Shown here: piece by piece, positions 56,460 through 64,000 of the stretch
Layout: the number at the start of each line of letters is the position of its first letter
How positions within the stretch are numbered: position 1 is the stretch's first letter
Assembly (NCBI GenBank): GCA_013286805.1
Contig: JABDEY010000001.1
Location: 6,051 to 70,050, forward strand
Source: Bacteroidota bacterium
Lineage (GTDB): Bacteria > Bacteroidota > Bacteroidia > JABDFU01
Reading direction: 5' to 3'
Length of the DNA stretch: 64,000 bases
Made by a program: the position numbers and the translations under genes
The notes under the pieces: generated by a model
Databases searched by the model: none
The model's input: only the letters and a program-made list of their open reading frames with translations
Told to the model about the DNA's origin: nothing

Positions 56460-58383
56460 AATAATTGCTGTCCTCTTGTCTATTTCTTCTTCTTGCCTCC
56501 TTGGTCAGGAAAACTCACCCAGATATAAAGCCGTCACGAAAGAGGACCTGGCTCTAAAAATATGCCCTATTGATTCAGAGGCAGAAGCCTTTTTTATTTA
56601 CAATATAGGGTCATCACACTTTGAAGAAAATAATGAATATTTTACTTTCGAACAATGCACCAGAATAAAAATAGTAAGAAAGTCGGCCGATCCTTTGGCC
56701 ACCGTTAGGATTGGCTTGCATAACGGAAGTGCGGGTGAGGAAATACTTACTGATTTGGAGGCCTGCGCTTACAACCTGGAAGGAGGAAATATTAAAGTAA
56801 CGTACCTGGACAAAAAATTGGTTTATGAAAAATTCTACGGAAAATATTACAAAGAAAAAACATTTGCCATACCAGATGTACGTGAAGGGACTATAATTGA
56901 ATATAAATATTCTGTCCGGTCTATTTATAATGTATATATGAGACCCTGGAAATTTCAGAATACGATACCCACACTTTACAGTTCTTTTATTTTTGGCTCC
57001 AGTCCACTCTATGCTTTTATGATGCTTAAAAGCGGGCGATTCAAATACGATACGGACACCATTTGTAAAGTACATAAAGGTTCACCTGATTATTTATGGG
57101 TTATTAAAAATGTCCCGGCCTTCAAGGACAATTCCTTTTTACCCGATCCCGAAGATTATATTCAGAAAATAAAATTTCAATTGAGCAAGATTTACGGACA
57201 GGCTGCATCTGACAGAACCTATATCTCAACCTGGGAAGAAGCGGTAACCCATTTACTGGAAGAGTCCGATTACAAAAACTACATGAACTCTTCTGCATCC
57301 AGAACAAAGGAAATTCTCAAAAGCCTGCAGCTTGACACACTGAATTTAACTGGCAAAATTAAAGCAATCGTTGAGTACGTCAAGAATGGATATAAATGGA
57401 ATCAAACAGAAAGTATTTATTGCACAAAATCCAAAAATCAGTTTTTGAATGAAAAACAAGGCAACGCAGCCGAGATAAACCTTTTTCTAACCGACCTTTT
57501 AAACAGGGCTGGATTAGAGGCCTATCCATTGATTTTAAGTACAAGAAAAAATGGAAAAATATTTAAAGGGTACCCGTTCCTGTTGCAATTTAATTCTGTC
57601 ATTACAATGGTAATCCACGAAAAAGATACCTTGTTAACAGACGCCACTGAACCACTTTTACCCTTTGATATGATTCCATCCGCCTGCCTGAATGGAGAAG
57701 GCTTAAGAATCAAAAGTTCGGGAAAAGTTGCCTGGTTCCCGCTGAAAGAGCATAAAACTTCTGAAATTAACGCTCTGCTTAACTTAAAATACCTTGACAA
57801 GGTGAACCAATTTCAAGGCGATTGTCTTTTAAAATATACCGGATATTATGCCTACCAAATGAGAAAGGTAATAGAAGATTCAAAAGAAAAAGTGATTAAT
57901 TCGATTGTACAAAATGGAGTTGGCACGCTTGACAGTGTTAAAATCATTAATGAGGATAATGCCGAATTACCCTTAATAATACAAGCTCAGGTTAAATTCA
58001 ATCCTATGCTACAGGCTAATCAGCTCATTCTCTTTCCTTTCGCACTGAATTTTAGAAAGGACAACCCGTTTAAAGAAAAGAAGAGAGACTACCCGATGGA
58101 TTTAGATTTTACATACAAGTATTCCAATCTAACAAATCTAACACTGCCTCATTTGTATAAAATAAAACAAATACCTTCTACCGCCAGATTTAATATAACC
58201 CGGGGAGGAATGGAATTCTTCTATCAAAGCGAGCTCCTTACTGAATCCAACTTGCAGTTATCATCTGTTTATCAAACGACAAAAACAAAATACAGTGCAA
58301 AAGATTATGTTAATATCAAGGAGTTTTATCAGCAAATGTCAGACAAACTGGAGGAACCAGTAGTGCTTGTCAAAATTGAATAA
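56452..58383 (+). CDS. DUF3857/DUF3858-type paralogue with a degenerate transglutaminase-like core (catalytic Cys and His replaced)
   Basis: Track ORF 643 aa. The start overlaps the upstream stop (ATGAATAA, 56452-56459). The equivalent core reads EKQGNAAEINLFLTDLLNRAGLEAYPLIL...QFNSVITMV, with Ala where the Cys should be and no His. Confidence 0.65.
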   Translation: MNKIIAVLLSISSSCLLGQENSPRYKAVTKEDLALKICPIDSEAEAFFIYNIGSSHFEENNEYFTFEQCTRIKIVRKSADPLATVRIGLHNGSAGEEILTDLEACAYNLEGGNIKVTYLDKKLVYEKFYGKYYKEKTFAIPDVREGTIIEYKYSVRSIYNVYMRPWKFQNTIPTLYSSFIFGSSPLYAFMMLKSGRFKYDTDTICKVHKGSPDYLWVIKNVPAFKDNSFLPDPEDYIQKIKFQLSKIYGQAASDRTYISTWEEAVTHLLEESDYKNYMNSSASRTKEILKSLQLDTLNLTGKIKAIVEYVKNGYKWNQTESIYCTKSKNQFLNEKQGNAAEINLFLTDLLNRAGLEAYPLILSTRKNGKIFKGYPFLLQFNSVITMVIHEKDTLLTDATEPLLPFDMIPSACLNGEGLRIKSSGKVAWFPLKEHKTSEINALLNLKYLDKVNQFQGDCLLKYTGYYAYQMRKVIEDSKEKVINSIVQNGVGTLDSVKIINEDNAELPLIIQAQVKFNPMLQANQLILFPFALNFRKDNPFKEKKRDYPMDLDFTYKYSNLTNLTLPHLYKIKQIPSTARFNITRGGMEFFYQSELLTESNLQLSSVYQTTKTKYSAKDYVNIKEFYQQMSDKLEEPVVLVKIE

Positions 58384-58394
58384 ATGAAAAACCA

Positions 58395-58637
58395 TTGGAC
58401 AATACCCCTAACCCGCAGCTCCTTATTCAATTAACAGAAATGAAAATGCCTTTTGGAAAATACAAAGGAACATTATTGTGCAATCTACCAGTCTCCTATC
58501 TGGAATGGTTTAGCCGTAAAGGATTCCCTGAAGGGAAACTCGGTATACTGATTCAGACCATTTATGAAATCAAGCTAAACGGGTTGGAATACCTGCTCGA
58601 ACCCATAAAGAAAAAACGAAACTGGATTAAAACCTGA
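58395..58637 (+). CDS. DUF3820 family small protein
   Basis: Track ORF 80 aa (TTG start at 58395; alternative ATG at 58440). MPFGKYKGTLLCNLPVSYLEWFSRKGFPEGKLG matches the DUF3820 signature as I remember it. Confidence 0.65.
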   Translation: MDNTPNPQLLIQLTEMKMPFGKYKGTLLCNLPVSYLEWFSRKGFPEGKLGILIQTIYEIKLNGLEYLLEPIKKKRNWIKT

Positions 58638-59034
58638 AAAAGAAGAAACAAACAGCAGACCATTCCTTCTTCACCCCATTGGCATGACCAATTGTACTAT
58701 GACTGCTATTCTCAACAGTACCATCAGATTTAACGTACCCCATTGTACTGTGACTGGAATTTTCAACCGTCCCATCATTTCTCACATAACCCACAGTGGA
58801 ATGACTGCTATTCTCAATTGTACCGTCCGAACGTATGTAGCCAATAGTAGAATGACTGCTGTTTTCAATCGTCCCATCATATTTGATATACCCCGAGGTA
58901 GAATGACTGCTGTTTTCAATAGTTCCATCCGATTTGATGTACCCGGTCGTGGAATGACTGCCATTTTCAATCGTCTGACAGAATAAAGCATTTGTAACTA
59001 AAAAAATCAAGCCTGTAAAGAGAATTTTTTTCAT
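58627..59034 (-). CDS. Secreted tandem-repeat protein: 5 full + 1 partial copies of a 17-aa unit ENSSHST-x-GY-[IV]-[KR]-x-DGT-[IV]
   Basis: Track ORF 58627..59115. The ATG at 59034 gives the signal peptide MKKILFTGLIFLVTNALFCQ. Then: ENGSHSTTGYIKSDGTI ENSSHSTSGYIKYDGTI ENSSHSTIGYIRSDGTI ENSSHSTVGYVRNDGTV ENSSHSTMGYVKSDGTV ENSSHSTIGHANG, followed by the tail VKKEWSAVCFFFFRF. Confidence 0.65.
   Translation of the reverse strand: MKKILFTGLIFLVTNALFCQTIENGSHSTTGYIKSDGTIENSSHSTSGYIKYDGTIENSSHSTIGYIRSDGTIENSSHSTVGYVRNDGTVENSSHSTMGYVKSDGTVENSSHSTIGHANGVKKEWSAVCFFFFRF
58680..58968. repeat. Intragenic 51-bp tandem repeat (~5.7 copies)
   Basis: The SHS codon landmark (ACT[AG]TGACT on the plus strand) occurs at 58696 and 58747 (51 nt apart), and homologous AATGACTGC units recur with the same period up to 58968. 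Confidence 0.8.
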
Positions 59035-59132
59035 GGGTTGGGTATTAGTTTCAACCCCAAATATACATACTGAATCTGAAATGTTTGTACTTTCACACAC
59101 TTGAATTCCATACAAAAATTAAAATCCGGATA

Positions 59133-60851
59133 ATGAAAAAAATAGCCACCCTCGGGATCAGCCTTTTAATCCTCCTCAATGCATGGGCAACTGACAATCA
59201 ACAGGAAATAAAAACCCCTGTTCAATCGGTAATCGTTTACCTCAATTGGGCAGAAGTCACTCAGAGCAAGCAAGTCACACTCGAAGCCGGACGAAATAAA
59301 ATAGTATTTGTCGGCTTATCACAAAAACTCGTATCCAAAAGTGTTCAGGTGAATGTAGGCGGAGATGTTGCCATCTTGTCCGTTTCAGATGAAATAAATT
59401 ACTTTACAAAACAGGAAGATCAGCCCCGTGTAAAACAAGTAAAAGATTCAGTGCAAAATCTGACGGAAGCGATCATTCAGGTAAAGAATGACAGGGACGC
59501 ATTTGATACAGAGAAGAAACTCATGCTGGACAATAAAAACATGAGCGGAAAAGATAAAGCATTAGCCGTAGCTGACCTTAAGGCCATTGCAGACTTCTAC
59601 CTTTCAAGGATAAAAGAGATCAACGATGAAATCGCCCGCCTGGATAAAAAAGAAAACAAATTAAATGAAGCCCTCTACAAAGCAAAGCAGCAATTGCTCG
59701 AATTAAATGGCAAATTCAATATGCCGATGGGAGAAGTAACCATTTTGCTGACAGCACAAACAAAGACAACAAGCACCATCGAATTAAAATACATAGTCAC
59801 AGATGCAGGATGGGCACCCGATTATGATTTAAAAGCAGAAGACGTAAGCAAACCCATAGAGTTGAAATACAGAGCCAAAGTATTCAACAACACCGGAATC
59901 GACTGGACGGATGTCAAACTGAGGCTGTCAACCGGTGATCCTATGAGAAGCGCATCCAAGCCAAAAATAGATCCATGGTATCTGAACTATATGAGCAATG
60001 AAAACGGTTACAGTTCAGGAAATTACAATCAGAGTATAAATAATAGTTACCAGTGGAACGCCAATGCCCCGGCAGCAGCACCTGTAGAACAGGGCCTGGC
60101 CATGAAGGATGCCATGAAAGAAATCCAACTCCAGAGCCAATACGGAGAGCAAACGAAGAAAAATGAGGGGAAACCAAAAACAGTAATTCAATACGAACAA
60201 ATTCAGGTGTCAGAGTTGAGCGCGGATTTTGACATCAAGCTCCCCTACTCCATCCCTGCAGATTCCAAGCCTTATATCGTAGATGTCACAACCTATAATT
60301 TACCCGCCACCTATAAAAACTTCTGCGCACCCAAAATTGACAAAAGCGTTTATCTGCTGGCACGTATAACCGGATGGGAAGACCTGGATCTTGTCGAAGG
60401 CCCTGCCAATGTATACTACGGAGGAACCTACGTCGGACAATCCTATATTAACACAAGAAGTGTAGACGACACACTGGACCTCTCACTTGGAAGAGACAAT
60501 AAAGTAATCGTCACACGCAACAAGCAGAAAGATTTCACCAGTCATAAATTCGTAGGCTCCACCAAAAAAGAATTATATGCCTATGAAATAGCCGTAAAAA
60601 ACAACCGGAAAACCCCTGTTCAGATTGAAATTGAAGATCAGTTACCCGTATCACAGCAAAGCGACATCATTGTAGAAGAGGTGGAATTATCCAAAGCAGA
60701 AAAAAATGTAATTACCGGGCAACTGTCCTGGAAATACAATTTACAGCCCGACGAACTTAAAAAAATCAACCTCAGCTTCTCCATCAAATACCCAAAAAAC
60801 AAAAGCGTCACTACTCAGAAAATGAAAATGGCACAAAGGGCAATGTTTTAA
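59133..60851 (+). CDS. DUF4139 / mucoidy-inhibitor MuiA family protein, secreted
   Basis: Track ORF 59085..60851. The ATG at 59133 gives MKKIATLGISLLILLNAWA. The DUF4140-like N-terminus (VIVYLNWAEVTQSKQVTLEAGRNKIVF), central coiled coil, and C-terminal DUF4139-like beta region (YDLKAE...YRAKVFNNTGIDWTDVKLRLSTG) follow the MuiA-family layout as I remember it. Confidence 0.65.
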   Translation: MKKIATLGISLLILLNAWATDNQQEIKTPVQSVIVYLNWAEVTQSKQVTLEAGRNKIVFVGLSQKLVSKSVQVNVGGDVAILSVSDEINYFTKQEDQPRVKQVKDSVQNLTEAIIQVKNDRDAFDTEKKLMLDNKNMSGKDKALAVADLKAIADFYLSRIKEINDEIARLDKKENKLNEALYKAKQQLLELNGKFNMPMGEVTILLTAQTKTTSTIELKYIVTDAGWAPDYDLKAEDVSKPIELKYRAKVFNNTGIDWTDVKLRLSTGDPMRSASKPKIDPWYLNYMSNENGYSSGNYNQSINNSYQWNANAPAAAPVEQGLAMKDAMKEIQLQSQYGEQTKKNEGKPKTVIQYEQIQVSELSADFDIKLPYSIPADSKPYIVDVTTYNLPATYKNFCAPKIDKSVYLLARITGWEDLDLVEGPANVYYGGTYVGQSYINTRSVDDTLDLSLGRDNKVIVTRNKQKDFTSHKFVGSTKKELYAYEIAVKNNRKTPVQIEIEDQLPVSQQSDIIVEEVELSKAEKNVITGQLSWKYNLQPDELKKINLSFSIKYPKNKSVTTQKMKMAQRAMF

Positions 60852-60981
60852 ATAAATTATATCGTTTTTAAAATCTTGCCAGGTTGAATAAATTAATAGT
60901 AAAAGAAGAATACACAGGGGGCGCATTGGGAGTTTAAGGTCAATGGCTTGTCTGAGGTTGGCCTGAATGAGGTTGAAAAAA

Positions 60982-61674
60982 TTACAGCCTTTTAAACCCA
61001 AACCCCTTCTCCCCAAACCCCTCCAGTACCCTTGGCAAAACATATTCCAGATTTTTCCTGGCCTTCAGACTGTCATGAAACACAATAATTGACCCCACCC
61101 TCAGTTTCTTTTTTATATAACGTAAACACTCTTCCGGGCTGACAAAAACATCAAAATCATAACTGAGTACATCCCACATCACAATGGAGAAATCCTCCTG
61201 TAAACCGGCAATCTGTGATTTCCGGATACGTCCATAAGGAGGACGAAAAAGTCTCCTCTCCTTTTGGGAAGACGAAGTATTCATTATATCGGAAGATGCA
61301 TTCATCTTTTTGGCAGGCACATTCAACTCCTGAGAAAAATCCATCATGGCCTTTGAACACTTCTCAATATTTTTCAGATACATCCCATCCCCGGTCCTCC
61401 AGCCATTCAGGTGATTGTAAGTGTGATTACCAACTCCATGACCCTCCAGAACAATCCTCCTGTATAAATCCGGATACTTCTCCACATTTTCCCCCACACA
61501 AAAAAAAGTAGCCTTCGCTCCAAATTTTTTCAAAATATCCAACACCCAGGGAGTAACCTCCGGCACCGGACCATCATCAAACGTCAGATAAATATTCTTT
61601 TCGGTAGTCTTAACCCTCCAAACAATATCGGTATAATATTTTCGGACAAGATATGGTGGCCTGACAAATCTCAA
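60982..61674 (-). CDS. Polysaccharide deacetylase (CE4 / NodB homology domain)
   Basis: Track ORF 230 aa. CE4 motifs TFDDGP, HTYNH, RPPYG and a later VFHD, with an S/N-rich insertion (KMNASSDIMNTSSSQKE) between motifs 2 and 3. Confidence 0.8.
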   Translation of the reverse strand: MRFVRPPYLVRKYYTDIVWRVKTTEKNIYLTFDDGPVPEVTPWVLDILKKFGAKATFFCVGENVEKYPDLYRRIVLEGHGVGNHTYNHLNGWRTGDGMYLKNIEKCSKAMMDFSQELNVPAKKMNASSDIMNTSSSQKERRLFRPPYGRIRKSQIAGLQEDFSIVMWDVLSYDFDVFVSPEECLRYIKKKLRVGSIIVFHDSLKARKNLEYVLPRVLEGFGEKGFGFKRL

Positions 61675-61724
61675 TGACTATTTCTCCTATTACTTACCGA
61701 TCAACATTTGCCGATCACAAGCTT

Positions 61725-64000
61725 TTATTCCCCCTCCGGCTGTTCCTGTGGTTGAAACTGAGGCTGCTGTTGCTGCTGAGTCCCCATCATCCGGGCGAAA
61801 ACATTAAAGCGGGCTTCAAAATCTTTTCCCAGGGTGTCCTGCTTATTCTGTTTCGCCATATAGGTCAGACGGTTCATAATTTCCTGAGACTGTCGCATCT
61901 CACGTCCAAAAGCCTGACCCTTACTACCCAAACCCATATAATACTTCATGTCCCCTTCAAAGATATCGAACAAACGTTTCGCCAGCTTATTCGCTTTCTC
62001 ATTGGCCCCCAGCTGGTAATAGGTAACCACCAGCGAATAAATAGTAGCATCATACGGAATATTTCCCTCCGGCATCACCTCCAGGCATTTGTCAGCAATT
62101 GTCATTGCCTTATCCTTCTTACCCTCATTAACCAGAGCAGTAGCAAGCGTTCCCATCTGAATACGCAGGTTAGTACACATACGTGCAATATTCTCATCCA
62201 GGTAAACACCTTTCTTCTCCATACCACCCCAACTGAACTTCATAATGTTGTCGTACATAATATCAGTAGCCACGCGTGTACCACTAATCTGTTGCTCCTG
62301 AGGCTCCGCCTTAATCGGAACCAGACGATACGCCAGTCCCTCTAACTGGAAATAATCCTGCAGATTCAGGTAACTCTCAGGACCGGTAGTAACTGCAAAA
62401 TAAATAGGACGCACCCATTTATTAGTAGCTAAAAGATCCAGAACCATCAAATCATTTTTCAGGACATACGTCTTCTCCAATTGCCAGTTGATCGATTTAA
62501 CAATGCGGTTAGCCAAGCCAGGCAGAACAGTACCATTTTTCAAGACAAAAGCAGAATCAACCGGAATACTCATCTTCTTGGTAGGAAAATAATTGATCTG
62601 CCTTCCATCCTGTCTTTCAAGCTTATTACGCGGATCATCGCTCGACACAAAATCAATCAACTCGCGCACCGAAATGTACCCGGGCAACTTCTGGTCATAA
62701 AACTGGACAAAATCCCGCGTCCCCTGACGATATTTATCCTCCGTAAGAGAAAGCGGCATAGGATCCGAATCATAAGCCTTACGCTCCATCTGGTTAATAT
62801 ACCAATCCGTATTCAGAAGGCTCAGATTACACACACGCACATCTGTTCTATACCCTTCCACCTCCTGCACATACCACAAAGGGAAGGTATCGTTATCCCC
62901 ATTCGTAAACAAGATCGCATTCGGCGCACAGGAATCCAGGTAATCCTTTGCAAAATCACGGCAGGTAAAACGTTTGGAGCGGTCATGATCATCCCATCCA
63001 TCCTTGGCCAGTAATGTAGGCACAGCCAGGAAGCACAATGCAGTGGAAACAACTGCACTTCTCTTGGCCGAAATCTTCTGAGCCAGGAATTCAAAAATAC
63101 CAAGCACCCCCAGACCAATCCAGATCGCCCAGGCATAGAAAGAGCCCGCATAGGCATAATCCCGTTCACGCGGCTGATAGGGGTACTGATTCAGAAACAC
63201 AATAATCGCCAACCCGGTAAACAGGAATAACAGCAGTACCACAAAACCATCCTTGCTATGCGTCCGGAATTGAAAAATCAGCCCAATAATCCCGAGCAAA
63301 ACAGGCAGAAAGTAAAACCGGTTCGTCCCCTTATTATTTTTCGTACTCTCCAATGTCCCCTTGGAATCCAGGCGCCAGTCATCAAAAGCCTTGAAACCCG
63401 TAATCCAGTTACCATCCGTAATATTCCCATGACCCTGAATATCATTTTGCCGGCCGCTGAAGTTCCATAAAAAATACCTCCAGTACATCCAGTTAATCTG
63501 ATACGTAAAAAAGTATTGAAGATTCTCAGAAAACTTAGGCCGAACAGGCCTTTCATGGCCCTCAGCATCCTTAATTTTATCATGCTTTATCCCACCCCAG
63601 TTGCGGTAAGCCGAAATATGGTTCGACTCCTGATTCCACATACGGGGAAAAATAGTACAAAAATCTTTATCATAATTAGGAATACTCTCTTTGCGCTCAT
63701 CCGAAACAATGTATTGATCCTTCACTTTAGCAGAACCGGAAGCAGCAGCAGAAGCGTCAGCCCCGGCTTTACTATCAGCCGCCACAACAGGTTTAGGAGC
63801 CTGCATGTACACAGGATTTCCATCCAAATATGGCTTCTGATTATCCAAAGGCGCATTGTAATACGGACCATAAAATAAAGGCCAGTCACCATACTGTTCG
63901 CGACCCAGGTAAGACAATAAACCCACCGCATCCTTGGGAGCATTTTCATTCATCGGTGTACAGGCATTAGATCGTATCACCAGCATCAGGAAAGAAGAAT
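61725..64000 (-). CDS. Large DUF2723 (TMEM260-like) GT-C glycosyltransferase, C-terminal ~758 aa; 5' end lies right of the window
   Basis: Track ORF 61725..63986, but the frame remains open to 64000 (..SSFLMLVIRSNA), so the N-terminus is outside the window. It has LSYLGREQYGDWPLFYGPYYNA, TM helices, a large soluble region and TPR-like helices (YYQLGANEKANKLAKRLFD), ending in a Q-rich tail. This is the layout I recall for long Bacteroidetes DUF2723 proteins. Confidence 0.7.
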   Translation of the reverse strand, partial: SSFLMLVIRSNACTPMNENAPKDAVGLLSYLGREQYGDWPLFYGPYYNAPLDNQKPYLDGNPVYMQAPKPVVAADSKAGADASAAASGSAKVKDQYIVSDERKESIPNYDKDFCTIFPRMWNQESNHISAYRNWGGIKHDKIKDAEGHERPVRPKFSENLQYFFTYQINWMYWRYFLWNFSGRQNDIQGHGNITDGNWITGFKAFDDWRLDSKGTLESTKNNKGTNRFYFLPVLLGIIGLIFQFRTHSKDGFVVLLLFLFTGLAIIVFLNQYPYQPRERDYAYAGSFYAWAIWIGLGVLGIFEFLAQKISAKRSAVVSTALCFLAVPTLLAKDGWDDHDRSKRFTCRDFAKDYLDSCAPNAILFTNGDNDTFPLWYVQEVEGYRTDVRVCNLSLLNTDWYINQMERKAYDSDPMPLSLTEDKYRQGTRDFVQFYDQKLPGYISVRELIDFVSSDDPRNKLERQDGRQINYFPTKKMSIPVDSAFVLKNGTVLPGLANRIVKSINWQLEKTYVLKNDLMVLDLLATNKWVRPIYFAVTTGPESYLNLQDYFQLEGLAYRLVPIKAEPQEQQISGTRVATDIMYDNIMKFSWGGMEKKGVYLDENIARMCTNLRIQMGTLATALVNEGKKDKAMTIADKCLEVMPEGNIPYDATIYSLVVTYYQLGANEKANKLAKRLFDIFEGDMKYYMGLGSKGQAFGREMRQSQEIMNRLTYMAKQNKQDTLGKDFEARFNVFARMMGTQQQQQPQFQPQEQPEGE

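Noticed and set aside
61674-63014. Plus-strand ORFs 61674..62345 (223 aa) and 62481..63014 (177 aa) opposite the long DUF2723 gene
   Set aside because: Their R/H/I/L-rich, motif-free translations contrast with the opposite strand, which encodes a long conserved-looking GT-C/TPR protein that runs off the window edge.
1-64000. tRNA, rRNA, tmRNA, CRISPR arrays, transposases, integrases, phage genes, toxin-antitoxin or restriction-modification/defence genes
   Set aside because: No intergenic gap exceeds ~170 nt. None shows cloverleaf-like or direct-repeat/spacer structure. No ORF carries DDE/tyrosine-recombinase, nuclease-methylase or similar motifs. All long DNA repeats are in-frame coding repeats.

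Overview
This looks like a chromosomal window from a Bacteroidota-type genome. That inference rests on T9SS type-A and type-B C-terminal sorting domains, SprB repeats, DUF3857/DUF2723 families and TAnnTTTG -7 promoter boxes. It holds about 43 tightly packed protein-coding genes. I found no rRNA, tRNA, CRISPR array, transposase, integrase or prophage signature. Three themes dominate.
(1) Three giant T9SS surface proteins (2715, ~2405 and 2156 aa) occupy ~22 kb. Two of them are paralogous mosaics of IPT/TIG plus seven-blade FG-GAP (integrin-alpha-like) propellers, a shared Cys-rich module, HYR domains and a type-A CTD.
(2) A molybdenum-cofactor locus (moaA; moeA-moaD-moaE-moaCB) is split by a translationally coupled trio (vWA, divergent ChlI-type AAA+, TauE) and by a sphingomyelin-synthase-like PAP2 gene. 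Purine-catabolic genes (puuD-like urate hydroxylase, guaD-like guanine deaminase) lie elsewhere in the window.
(3) An envelope/glycan set includes three GT-C membrane glycosyltransferases. Two are DUF2723/TMEM260-like, each next to a GlcNAc-active enzyme (GH18-CUB-T9SS, CE4). The set also has Asp-box propeller paralogues (14 and 7 blades), an active/inactive DUF3857 transglutaminase pair, a secreted protein made of 17-aa tandem repeats, and a DUF4139 protein.
The most follow-up-worthy candidates are the vWA/AAA+/TauE module inside the Moco locus, the DUF2723 transferases co-resident with IPT-domain adhesins, the integrin-like adhesin pair, and the His-ladder tandem-repeat protein. All functional calls come from by-eye motif recognition on the supplied translations and my own hand translations. 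No database search or structure prediction was run.
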